From Paraspadella gotoi (lineage: Eukaryota; Animalia; Chaetognatha), in assembly GCA_051294375.1 (NCBI GenBank), contig CM119263.1, positions 10,748,703 to 10,812,702 of the forward strand: a stretch of 64,000 nucleotides of DNA, in the 5' to 3' direction. A program made the translations under genes and the position numbers. Each line of letters starts with the position of its first letter. Within the stretch, counting starts at the first letter, position 1. Below are positions 24,382 to 64,000 of this stretch, one piece after another. The notes beneath the pieces are model-generated. The model saw only the letters and a program-made list of their open reading frames with translations, was not told the origin of the DNA and did no database searches.

Positions 24382-27300
24382 TAGAGCGACGAATCTCTCT
24401 CTTTATTTANNNNNNNNNNNNNNNNNNNNNNNNNGTGAAGGGAAATGATCGATAAATTGTCAATGATCAATTACATTTGTCTCCATTTATATTTAGCTAT
24501 TTTAACGAACTAATGTTGTTAAGTGTCAGTATAAAATGTTAATCAATAAAATAATCTTACTCATCTCTTCCGTTCTCCCTCGGAACCGGGTCGAATTTCG
24601 ACATCATCCCTACTTGCGGACCGAATAGCCAAAAACAAGCGGGGGAAGACCAAATGACCTGTTAAGTATTTGATTTGACAAAATTTTCTTCGGAGATTTA
24701 CTTTTTTTTTTGCACTTCGACTCTGAGAAGCGTTGAGGAAATGAACCCGAGAAAAGTGGCTTATCTCCGCCGCGGATGATGTTTTTCTATATGTTCGTAT
24801 TAAAACAAGAAAAAAACGGAAACCTATTTAACAAGGAACGGCAATTACGAGGCGTTGAGCCTCATAGACTTTCGATTACATGTATAAAAGTAGAGAGCAA
24901 CAAGCGTGCTATCATACATTATCGATCGGTTAAGTTATCATTAAAATAGCGAAATATTTCACGAACAATGTCGCATTGACTTTTCGAGCATGTGATCGCA
25001 TTTTGTTGTGATTACATGCCAACACAACGAAACATTAAAATGATAATATACAATTATATAAGCCTCTTTAAAATGTACACTTTCAGTTTCTTTGGCTTCT
25101 CTATGACTTTGGGCAATTTGTTTTTGTTCCGACGAGACGTCAACTGGTTTTCGACGATGATGACGACGACGACGACGATCGAGACTCCCGTACCAGGCGT
25201 ACCACCCTCCTGAAATCGAGTGACAAGTCAGTGGAGATCAACGTCGCTCTCAGGTTTTGGCGAAGAAAACAGATGTAAGGATCAGAGATTAAGAAAACAT
25301 CGACAAGTTTTCAGTGATAATATGACACCTGCCCTTTGAACGAGGCGGGGACAAGGAGTTAATCCGCGGACAGGAAACAAGGACCTTGTTTTGATTTCGA
25401 GACGCGCCATGCTTCGGTCCGGCGGAGATGGGATTCCGAAGCTCGGCTCTGTGGAGGATGGGTCACTACCAGCTAAAGTGAAATCAACTAAATGGAAAAA
25501 ACTAAAATAAATGCAAAGATCCCGGATGGAATTTTCCCAAAAGGTTCTCTCAATGAGCTTTTTAATGCTTTCAATTTTGATGATAATGCATTATAACAAT
25601 AATAAGATAATTCCTTTTTATCATAATTTTACATGTACATGTACATTTAAACACAACTTGATCAATGATCATGCATTTTCGCATTGAGAGATATTTCGTA
25701 CAAACGATCCTACATTTTAATCAGTCGTCATCGCGTCTCGATCTCTCCTTTCGATCCTAATTCCCGGACCCAATCAGGTTATATCGAAACGTCCTGCCTT
25801 AATTCGTTGTCTCCAAATCTCCCAAAGTCATTCTATTCCGTCGAGAATTAAAAGGAAGAAAAAATAGATAACTCGGTCCTTTTGTTCTTCTCCAACGGGA
25901 ATCCCTAACAAAAATAAACGTCGCTTCGTTGACACAACAGAATCGCTACGACTTTTTGACGATTTTCGCTTTTAATCGTTCGCAGCTGCGACTTATTTTG
26001 TTTTTTTGTCATTTTGTCATTACGGTTAATGAATGCTTCATTTTTTTTTAGGCGTTATGATTTTTTTTTTTAGTCAGAAGTCATTTGGCTATTGGGAAGG
26101 GCTAAAGGGTTGCGCGGCTTTGAATACCGCTTCGAGCTTTCTAGTTTGGAAATAGAAAGTACCTCTTGAAGATTGAACGAAGCAAAATTGTTACGGAATT
26201 GTGAAGTTCATCAAATACGACGACGTCGATGATGACGACAAAATTTTGCGCAACGCAGGTGGTTCGTCCCGCCCACCTTACGACGTTAATGTTTTGACAA
26301 AAAACAAAACAAACCAAACGAAACGGAATCTTAATGATCGGGGGAAAAATAATTTAAATGATTATCCGGTTTCTTCGTAAAAAAGGAATAAGTATTATTT
26401 CGAATCGACTCAGAAGGAGTGTTGTATAAGCTAACCAGCTAACCTCTATCTAGTGTTTAAAGTATTAGTCATGTCATTAACAGTTTATTAGGTTAATTGT
26501 TTATTTATTGATTCTAACAATGTTTGGATCACTTTGACAATCCTTTTTCACAATAATTCACTTGCGCTTTTATTGACTCTCTGAAAAAAAATTAGTTTAA
26601 ATCCATATTTAATATCAATATTTAAAAGCATTAAAGCAAATTCAGTAGCATTATTACGAACTTTTTGTTATTAAACCTTTTTGTTTAAAAATTTTGGGGT
26701 ATTTCTGATGAGACTCAAAGCGAGCTCTCTCGCAACAAAATTTAAAAACAAAAGATTTTCATAAAAATCATGACGGAGTGAGAAAAGTGAAAACTCGATT
26801 CAATCATGATGGAAAATTATTACTTCAAATAGAGATTAAGATAACGATGAAATAAAACAATTCTATCAATGTAAATATTGTATGGAAGTTTGTTCGTAGA
26901 GAAATACGGCAACAGAGTCAAGAGATTATCAAGAGTTGAATATAAAAAGCGCCCTGTGGCCCCTATACATTTGTACTATTATCCAACCCTAGGTAAAAAC
27001 GTAATTGGCTTACAAAGTATAACAAAATAACTATAAAAGTAAAATATTTTATCATATAAAAAGAATATTTGCCATGGGCTTAGCAATTAAGCTGGTCTTA
27101 CGCGATTTGTTTCTGTAACTGGAATCGAGATTAGGATTCGATCCGGAGAGACTTCGACACCAGTTTCATGCAAATAGAATTTAAAAAGAAAAAGAGAAAA
27201 ACTGAATCATGCGATTTCGACTGTGAAACCTAGTTCGATTTTGGGACAAGATAAGATTGCATTGTCTAAATTTATTCGCTCACGCTGCCGCGTAAAAAAA

Positions 27301-27400
27301 TATTTTATAAAGCTCCTTTTGAAATATATCTACATGATTCAAACCCCAGTCGATTCGTCCTTGTTTATGGTAAAAAACAAATCTAACAAAAAATTTCAAA

Positions 27401-50580
<23,180 letters not shown>

Positions 50581-53500
50581 GCGATATAATGATAAACTTT
50601 TTTTGGTTGTGGGATGTTCAAAATGTTTACTGGCGTTTGACTATCTTTCTATGTTCTAACTAATTTATTCAATGGGTAACTACATCTTCATTCTTTTCTA
50701 CCTAAAATATTATTATAATTAAGAATGAAGTCGTCAGGGAAGAAAAGAAAAATTTGGTTTTGGCAATATCATCATGCTACCTTTATTGGTTTGAATCAAA
50801 ATAAAAAAAAACCATACGTGCCAGCTTTTTTATTGTTGTTTGTATAGCGTCCTAAGATTTTGGAGTGTTTTTGTTTACAAAGGGAAACCAAGTAAACTGA
50901 TAAGGGATGAAAATATAGTAACAGAAACGAACACAGTTTATTACGATAACCGGCGGCTTCGTAATCCAACCTAAGTTTAAAAAAAAAAATACGCTGGTCA
51001 TTTTATCTTCTTTTTTCAAATGAATATTGTGCGAACAGGCATGTTAATTATTAAATATAATTTTACAATGAAGAACATTTCAAGAAAAGTTTTTTTTTTT
51101 AGGGGGGTAAGGGAAAAGTTGCGCTAGCGGAGGAATGTGTTTGAATCGTCGTCGTCGAGGGCTCGTTTATTGTCGTGAAAACAAATTGTTTACAAACAAA
51201 TTGTTTACAATTTAAAAACGGGAACCTCTAAATAGAGGCGAATAAAATTCTCTCTTCCGTTTCGTTGGATCGGAAAGCGAGGATTCCCAGCGTCGTAAAC
51301 GGTTCAACGGTCTGCGACGACGACGCGTCAAAGTAAACAACTTAAGCGAAATCACAAAATGATGTAAGCGCGTTTAACTACAACTAATAGCTGGGTTTTT
51401 GTTTTTGTTTTTGTTTTTTTTGTTTGTTTGTTTTTAATCTCGTAGATTAAATAACATGTCCCTAGCGTCTATGAATACAGCGAGAAATATTTGCACCAAG
51501 AAGAATCTCCGTAAAAACGAGAGAAATGTCGCGTCCATAAGTAAACACAATTTGTTCTTTTTTCATCCTGGAATACTAAAATTTTCGCCCGGTTGAGAGC
51601 TTGTTTTTGTTTTTTCAAAATCTAGATAATAGAATCATAATTTTTTAAATTTTGTCTATCGGTTCAAAGTATCTTTCATTTACGTTTATACTAAAATTAC
51701 CTAACCTGGCAAATTAAATTTTCATTCATCGATATTTTAAATTTTTTATAAAAAGCACTTTTTCATTGGCAAAAATAAAAACGAAAAAACAAGCTCCGAA
51801 TTTCGGACGCAATTTCAAAAAGTTTACAAAGACACTCATTATATATATATATATCTATTTAATTAAACAGTTTATGCCAGTATAATAAAATATCATATTA
51901 GTATTATATATACGTACTTGTAGTTATTTAAAAAAATATAAAATTTTGTCATGGAAGTAAGCAATCTTTCTAAATATTTCTTAGATTTTTAGGAGATTTT
52001 CATGAATTCCCGCTACAAAATAAATAAATACAGAAATATTTATAATGCTTGCCTTCATTCGGGCTTGACTAGATCCTAAAAAACAACATATTGTTTTTTA
52101 ACAAACTGAATTAAATAATAAAAGCTGCCCTCATAAACAAAATCAGAAGTATAATGAGCGCGTGGTGTACGGTTTTGAGCACCAATGCAGTGATATGAAC
52201 ACAATATATCAAGCTTTGCTTTATGTCCTCCTTCTGAAACGATTTTTTTAACGTAGAAAAATACAATTTGAAATTCGAGAGAGGTTCTGATGAGAGAAAA
52301 CACTTTGAGAAGATTAGGGATTATTTCGTATACGGTTGATAGTTAAAATGTAACAGATTTACGAAATATATATATCGTACGTACATTTTCATTTATCAGT
52401 TTCTTTTCACATTTTTTTTTTTGCATTTTACAGTTACGAATAATCCTATGACACGTATAGAGGTTTTCGGCGTCTAAACTCTAGCGCCTTTCGAAAAAAT
52501 TAAATGTGTATTGTGAACGATGAATTTTTTTTTTGTATGAAGCGACGAAGAATTTTACATCACGTGATATACAATAAATGACGCGATATAATCGTGTATT
52601 AAAAAACAAGTTTCGTTTTTTAAACCACTTCAACCAAATTGTTTTCCAACCAAATGTCTTTAGAGCGAACAAGGAAAGCACGGTTTTGGGATGCATAAAT
52701 TATCAACCGTAATTTACAGTAATAACGCCTCACTAAAATCCAACAGAAATATCAGCAGCTTCTGAACCAATTCTTGTTATCTGTGACTTTTTGATAAATT
52801 CTTAATTGTCGTGAAAAAAAAAGGATATTGTATAATTCGTAGTTATTAACAAGAATCTGCTGCTGTATTTTTTTTTAACTACTATTGATATGTTTTATGG
52901 TAATCAAAGCAGATCTTTCGAATTTAGTATACAAACACAAATCTAGCGGTAGGCTACGAATGTTATTCGTTACAAAAAAAAGTATTGCTAAATTAAACTA
53001 CGCTTCGATAAAGTCGTTTCACTAAACTCAGCACCAGAAATATTTATTCGTTTCGAAAACATTAAGTGTTGGTTTGAGAACAGTCACAGAAACTAGACTA
53101 ACAAGAGGACAGATGATTTGGTTTTTTTTAATCAATTTTTTTTTTTTGTCGTTGAATAAACCGTCTGACGATTGAAATTAGATGTCCATGATGTTTATTT
53201 AATTAACGCTTTGGATTAATTTATATGAACAATTGGCTTTACTTTAATTTCATGCAGTTTTAAGCTAAACCTGTTTATATGTCTCATTTCGTACATGGGT
53301 TTGGGGACAAATGGACTAAATAAGAAGAAAATCTTGTGTCGGAAAAAAATTAGGAATGAGAATCAGGTTGTGTGCTTATCTTTTAATAACTCAATCTTCG
53401 TTTCCCTATCGTTAAAAAGAAAGTGCAAAATTTGGGGTACGGGTAAGGCATGGTAAACCGAAAAAAAAAATAGGGTCGTCCGTTCCCATGTCCGGTTTTG

Positions 53501-54236
53501 GTTTTGCATGCTTTTTGTTAGGGTATGTTATCTTGGCAGACATGAATGTCAAAACCTGAGAGGCCCAGCAAATCGGCCGGTATATGTAATGAGAGGGTGT
53601 GGGCGGAGGGGTTAACACTTTACGAGACATATCAACAGAATAGCGTTTGGTTTTGTTGAGACGTAACACTTTGACAGGACATCATGACATTATTTCGAGA
53701 TTGTTCTACCTTATACTAGACGTCGCCAGCTATTGGGATCGGTACTTGCATTGCGTAAATTCCTACTTTTATTTACACTTAATACGAAACTAATATTTTT
53801 TAAAAAAATTTGAAATTCGTTTTTAAGTTTTTTTTATTATTCGTAAACTATTTTTTGCTGGGAATTTTCGCAGTTTTTCCGCCCCGAAAATTTCTTCACC
53901 GCGATTTTAATTTATTACTGAGTAATTTTATTTCGCGAAAATATGTTAGCTGGCGTTATACAGTATGTATGTGCGGCATATATGCTGTATAAGGATTTTT
54001 TTAAGAAATGAGAAACATGAAGACACAGACTAACAGGTTGGAAGGGAAGAACAAGGACAACTAAGCATCCATATATCGTTATTTTCGCCAAGGCAGACGA
54101 GAAGAGATACTTTTTTTTATTACTACGAAATTAGTCATTCTACATAAATTAGTGGTAGAGACTCGGTATTCTAAGGAACTATTAGTAATTGCTTTTATTT
54201 TTTCAAGATTTGATGGTTGTTCTAGGGTAATTAGAC

Positions 54237-54316
54237 AAAAAAAGGAGCCATGCCTTTGTTCTAAAAAGGAGCCATGCCTTTTTACGAAATAAAAGGAGCC
54301 ATGCCTTAAAAGGAGC
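54237..54316. repeat. Short direct repeat AAAAGGAGCCATGCCTT, three copies plus a partial
   Basis: Read directly; variable A/T-rich spacers. Confidence 0.85.
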
Positions 54317-55850
54317 ACGGGATACTACTCTAATATTGCTTGTTTGTCATGGCCACTCGGAGGTTTGTTTTAGGGAGGTTTTTTTTTTCTTTTTGAAATC
54401 GGAAAGATTGGGGTGCGTTGGGTTTTATCGCAGGTTGAAGGTTAGGCTCATAAACGATGATGTCGCTTTTTCTCTACTACAACAAATAGAAGGTGCAACG
54501 GAAAAATTACATTTTTACACGCGAATTTTTCTCAACATGATAATTATTATACTACAGTTTCGCATAAGGAGGGGCTTGGCGTGAAAATTTGTCTAAAAAG
54601 AATAATTTGTATGTAAAGACGCGGGAATGAAATATTTTGTTATTTCCTAATCTATCTGGGCTTTTTTTATTTATATTTTTTGAGGGAAAAAGGCATTGGT
54701 TTCTTTTTTTTTGTTTTGTTTTTATTTTATTTTTTTTCCGTCGGCCAACCAGCGCAAAATTCCGCCGCCATGCCTACGCCAAAAAATTTTCGCTTCAAAT
54801 CTCACGATTAAAAAAATCTTTAAAAAAGGATACGAAAATAATTTCGAGATTTTTCTCTCTCTCTCATTCTTAATTTTTTAATTTCTTTCTTTCGCTAAGG
54901 GCGTGGAGCGGGTTTCGCGTAGTCGGGCCCGACGTGGGTGAATTCGCTATCACAAGGATGAACTCTGAAGTGTGAGAAAGGGAGGTAGGGGGGGGAAGAA
55001 AAGGCCCGGGCGTCGTGGGGCTTTAGTCGTCTACGATCGCTTTGAATCATGAGCGGCGTCAGGGTCGTGGAATTATGACCACGCCCTCTTGCGTTCGGAA
55101 ACAACATCGACGCGGAATGGCGTTCAGAACAACAGTTTTATTCCGGTGCGCGAAATATATCTGGCGCGTTAAAGAATTCTTACTCGGGCGTCGCGTGGAT
55201 TTGATCCGACGAAAATGTCGGCGCCGAGGACTCGCAGCGAAAAAAAAAAATTTCTATCGGCTAATTCTAATTAACGTTTAAAGCTAAGTTGCACTACGGT
55301 TAGAGATTATTCGTGAGGATAATTCGCTTATTCTTTTATGGTTAGAAAAAAAAAATTATATTACATTTATTTTACAATGAGATACGCTTCGGTCGATGTT
55401 TATTTCCATGCCTTTTTCCTTCTTTATACATTTCGAAATCGATCAAAACTGAAAAGGTTTGTTTTAAGTTCTACGCTAAAGAGAAAATCGTGAAATGATT
55501 TTAAAAATGCAACACTGCTCGAAAAGGGAGTTCGCTCGAGAATTTCGTCATGCCCTGATGAAAAAAGAGAACCGTTTTTTGTAGCACCCGTCCTTTAGTT
55601 TAATATATAAGTTGAATAAACCGACATCAGGTTTATTAGTGTTACCTACATTGTTTGAGATACAAACAATAAAATTTTCTCAAGAAATTTCCTTTGGCGT
55701 GATAACTCGACCATGGAACGAAGTTTAGATTCGAAAACACTGCTTTGCCGATTTAATCTGATGTCCTAAAATGTGGAAAATTTGAATTAATAAATAACTG
55801 AAACAAAAATTATTTTCCAATTTTAAAAGTCGAGAATTTTAAATTTCAAA

Positions 55851-55881
<31 letters not shown>

Positions 55882-57420
55882 GATAGAGATCTTGCATTCC
55901 TACTCAAATGGTTTCTACATTTTATTAGTCATCTCCATCGGCAAAACGGGATCTCGTAAAGTTTCAATAAAACAACCCAAAAAAAGCCAAGACATAAACA
56001 TTTCGAGATAACAACTTAAAAAGCGCATCTACACATAACGCCGTCCTGTACAATTCTGATGTTTCTTTTTTTTTTTTTGGTGACAAACAAAGAAGCATCG
56101 GAGACGAGATTCTCGATAGAGGGGAGAATGATCGAAAACATAGCGCGCTTTTAAAATGGGGTTTTTGTAAACTCCGTTCGTGGCGGAAGTGAAAATGCAG
56201 CGTTTGAAATGAATAGGAATAATAATATTCAGTGTTAAAGCGACATTTTTGTAAGCCCATCGTTGAGAAGCCATTCGACAATAATTCGAAAATCGCTCGT
56301 CCACAAATAACGAAGCTAAGTCTCTGTATTAATTTTAAGTTAGTACTTCTTTATTTAAATATTTATGGAGAAATTATCGAAAAGGGTTTTTGGAATGGGT
56401 ATAAAAAGCCAGAGTATATATATACTAATGAAACTGGAGTAACTGATTCTTAGCCAAACTGTTGTTAGGAAAATAAAATTACTGAACACTAAGGGAAGAT
56501 TTTGGCCATTGTTGTTAATAAGCGACTCTAGACGCCTTCAGCCCGGTTTTTTTTGTGTGTTTTTGTTTTTTGTTTATCTACATATTGGAGAGAAGATGGC
56601 AGTATTTTTATATATTTCGAAAAAAACGTGTATTTAGTTTAAATATAAAATTGTGAAAGAAATCTTCGAATAGAAAATTGATTCCTACAATATTGTGTCC
56701 CTGAGACCCTAATAATAAATAACAGAGACCGTGGGTTCATTGCTTGATGCGAATTCCCTGCTTGGTGTTTCGCAATGAAGCATGGATCAGATCATTTGGA
56801 GTGAAAACGATGAAAAATTGACAATCTTAATTAGAATTTTTCTGTTCAGGTGAATTTGTTTTTGATTTGAACAAATATTCTCGCCAGGCGAAAAATAATG
56901 TGACTTAACATTTTTTTTTGATACATGAAAAAAATGGTGCTCCGACCACGAAATGACTACGATATGTAATCGATGAAACGAAAAAATATAACAAATTCAC
57001 ACTTTTTTTTTCTTCATCCAAGTATGAGATTCCAAAAACTTCAACTTACAAAACACAAAGAGTTTAGTCCAGCTACTTCTATTACCAAAAACCGTTTTTC
57101 GATCCGTACAATCGCACGCAAGACGCGTCCCGAGAAAATTAAAGCAAAAACCTAATCTACTCCCGACCCTCTTTTCTCGTCGAACCAGCCGTACGTACAG
57201 AGTGAGCTAGAGTAGAGTAGAAAGAGAGAGAGAGAAGAGAGAGATGGAAAGCGTTAAACCCTTTATCGCTCTTCTGAATTCGTCTCTATCTGTCTCTCTT
57301 TCTCCCTTTTTTACGACCGCCGAAAATAGAGAAGGGGTCGCCGCCCCTCATTCCTGGGTCGGGAGTAGAAAAAAAACGTAGCGAGATGAGATGTTACAAC
57401 TAAAACCGAGTCTGCAATCA

Positions 57421-61419
<3,999 letters not shown>

Positions 61420-62987
61420 CTGAGAAGGATCAAAGAAAAGGGGGAAGGAGATGGGATTCAGATGAAATACCGGATGGGAGGAAATGGGAGGTGGAGGAAA
61501 TCTGAGGAAATGGGATAGAGATGGTAAGAGATAGGAGAAAATAAGTTGATGAGTGAGACGTGCCGCGTGAAACGGGGGAAAAAAATGAGAAGCGATGAAG
61601 AGAAAGACGAGATGAGTTTAGGTTCTATTATTTTCCGGTGGGAAAAAATCGATTGATCATAAAAATTCCGGAACGGAAACGGTTGAGGTAAGTGAAGTGT
61701 GGCACGTGCGTGGCATCTGGTGGCTGCGGCGGGAAGTGAGGTATTGAGTAAGTATTGATTGACGGCAGAGGTTCGACTTTGGTATGTATAACTCGGTTTG
61801 CTGTTCTCCTTTCGGAGCGAGTACGTTAATACGCTAGTATTAATATTCTGAAAAATGAAACCAGTACCTGGTTTCTAATAGTAACCTAAAAAATACCTGG
61901 CTTTGTGTTAATTTTCTTTTAAAAAACTTTCAAATTATGATAATTTGTTTGCGTCACAATTTCAAATTCAATTTCGAGAAAGAGGTGATTCTACGAATGG
62001 GATTTTTTTGAAAATTTCATTCTCAAATGGGAACAGAACCAATAAAAAATAATTAGCCGTCTGCATCTCGGGGTCGCATATTTTTTCATGTCTTTGCGAA
62101 TTTAGCCGACGTTGGATTTAAAAATTCGAAAAGTATCCGCAAATTTGCTCAATTAAGTTATTTGAAAAGGGAGACTCGGAGCCACAGTCGAATAAAATTT
62201 TACAAGGGGAATCACACGCGGGAGGGAGGAAGGAGCTTTTGGGAGAGCAGCCGGGTACCCAAGGCAACGGTCCGACTCAGAAACCGCTTCGTCAGCCTTC
62301 GGGATTAACCGCGAGACAAACACGAGACGCGGGTGCTGGGGTCTGGCAGCGTCAATGCCAATCGCAACGTCAATGGCGACGCCACCTTCGACGCCCGAGA
62401 AAGGCGGGAAATGAGAAATCACCCTCGCAACGGCGTACAATGGCGGGAAAGGGACGGCGGAAACGAGGAAACGATAACATCCGGGCTTTAGGAAAATGGG
62501 GGAGCGGGAACGAGGTGAAATAAGCGGCCTGGGAAACGGTGATTTTTTTTTCTTTTTTTCTTTAGAGAAATGGAGAAATTGGCAGGATTACTTTTTGCCT
62601 GTCGTGACTGCAGATGGGATAGTAACGAAAAAATGTTATTATTATAGAATAAAAAATCAAATAATAATTTAAATTGAAGGAAAAATTTCAGAAATAAAAC
62701 CTGATGAAAATAACTAAAGGGCTAAAACTATTAAGATTTTTTCCTAGTGACTATGTGCCTGGGCTAACACTTATCATTGCTGCTATAGATATAGAAATTT
62801 ATATAGAAAATAACAGGAGTTTAAAAAAAAAAGATAGAGAAAACAAATCATAGCAAGCTTATAGGGAAAAAGTAAAGAAAAATAAAGAAAACAAAACAAA
62901 ACAAAACACATAATAAAAAGAAAAGAAAGTAAAAAAGAAGCGTAGGAAGGCGCCGCTTTTGGGTTGGAGTCTTCGTTAACGAGCGCG

Positions 62988-63199
62988 ATGGAGCTCAGGG
63001 AATCGGAACAATTGTTTGATGGAGAAACTTCGGCGTCGTTCGTTTCCCTTTCAACGCCGACGCGCCTCCCTTCGCCCCCCGTCCCCCCGACGGCGCCTCT
63101 TTCACGATGCGGCGTCGCTGGGAGCTTCCGCGAGCGAGTCCGATCGTGGGCGTGGATATACTTCGGCGCATCGGCTCTCAATCGAGGAATACGCTCATA
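62988..63199 (+). CDS. Possible first coding exon of an unidentified + strand gene
   Basis: GC-rich open frame MELRESEQ...SFRERVRSWAWIYFGASALNRGIRS ends at a consensus GTAAGT donor (63200). A second frame from ATG 63019 is also open. No recognisable domain. Confidence 0.3.
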
Positions 63200-63560
63200 G
63201 TAAGTATGGCTCTCTCTGATTCTCTTTGTCTCTCTTGAGGAAGGAACTAGAAAACGATTGCAGTACACTCAATGAAATAACAACAACAATGGCGCCCCCT
63301 TTTGTCGACGCCCCCGCTTTTCTTCTTCGTTTGCGTTACAAATTGTTTGCCTGGCGTCATCAGTCTATTCCATTACCGCGGCTTCTCTCGTCAGCCCAGA
63401 CCTCGACGAAGACCACCTCATCTCAACCAAGGCGTCGACCACCCAAGTTACGGTGGGTTGACAAACACCTCAGCGTCCATGATACAATTGAACATTTCCA
63501 ATCTCTTTGTCGAGACCACAATATTCTATTCCTCATTCGAGTTTTTCGATCAGTTTCTCG

Positions 63561-64000
63561 CTAACCGCTTCTCTATCTTCTTGCTAACCGCTTCTCTATC
63601 TTCTTGCTAACCGCTTCTCTATCTTCTTGCTCACCGCTTCCCTATCTTCTTGCTAACTGCTTCTCTATCTTCTTGTTAACCGCTTCTTTATCTTCTTGTT
63701 AAACTGCTTCTCTTATCTTCTGCTTACCGCCTTCTCTACTTCTTGTTAACCGCTTCTCTATCTTCTTGCTAACCGCTTCTCTATTTCTTGCTTACCGCTT
63801 CCCTATCTCCTTGCTAACTGCTTCTCTATCTTCTTGTTAACCGCTTCTTTATCTTCTTGTCTAACTCTTCTCTATCTTCTATCTCACCGCTTCTCTATCT
63901 TCTTGCCTCAACCGCTTCTCTATCTTCTTGCTTAACCGCTTCCTATCTCCTTGCTAACCGCTTCTCTATTTCTGTTAAACCGCTCTCTATCTTCTTTACC
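63561..64000. repeat. 23-bp minisatellite (CTAACCGCTTCTCTATCTTCTTG)n running off the window end
   Basis: Roughly 19 head-to-tail units read directly, with variants and single-base indels. Confidence 0.95.

Noticed and set aside
22020-24384. A second functional tailless paralog
   Set aside because: No DBD, frameshifts in every exon, an error gradient independent of codon position, and termination at a 25-N gap.
54237-54316. CRISPR-like repeat-spacer pattern (also the 23-bp array at the window end)
   Set aside because: Eukaryotic context, spacers absent or under about 10 bp, and no cas genes.
62153-62523. Candidate signal-peptide exon for the LDLRa gene
   Set aside because: A phase-1 donor exists near 62424, but the peptide MLSFPRFRRPFPAIVRRCE is not hydrophobic enough to support the call.

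Overview
AT-rich, microsatellite-dense eukaryotic genomic DNA from a draft assembly with 10 N-gaps, probably a bilaterian invertebrate. Splicing exons by hand (GT-AG sites, phases checked) gives three large genes: (1) a complete 7-exon tailless/TLX (NR2E1-type) nuclear receptor gene, + strand, 5305-16584, 533 aa; (2) a complete 27-exon DENND3-like gene (uDENN-cDENN-dDENN, PH/GRAM-like, WD40), + strand, 27401-50580, about 1482 aa; (3) a 5'-incomplete minus-strand gene for a single-pass membrane protein with two LDL-receptor class A modules and a long cytoplasmic tail carrying (RD)n, PPSY and NPAY motifs (57421-61419). The most novel signals are three small genes nested in DENND3 introns, none of them complete in the ORF track. 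One is a same-strand 2-exon gene for an acidic-then-very-basic, protamine-precursor-like protein (29768-30697). The other two are a tandem antisense pair of paralogous small secreted proteins sharing C-x-TAK-x-C-x-E-x-x-H-x-G and GAGRR motifs, one with a GPI-like tail (38316-39043) and one without (37230-37918). Two large fold-back inverted duplications (about 1.9 kb and 4.5 kb, the second copying the 3' half of tailless) each end at a 25-N gap and show read-type indel noise, so they are most likely assembly or amplification artefacts. Homology calls come from motifs I recognise; no database search was run.
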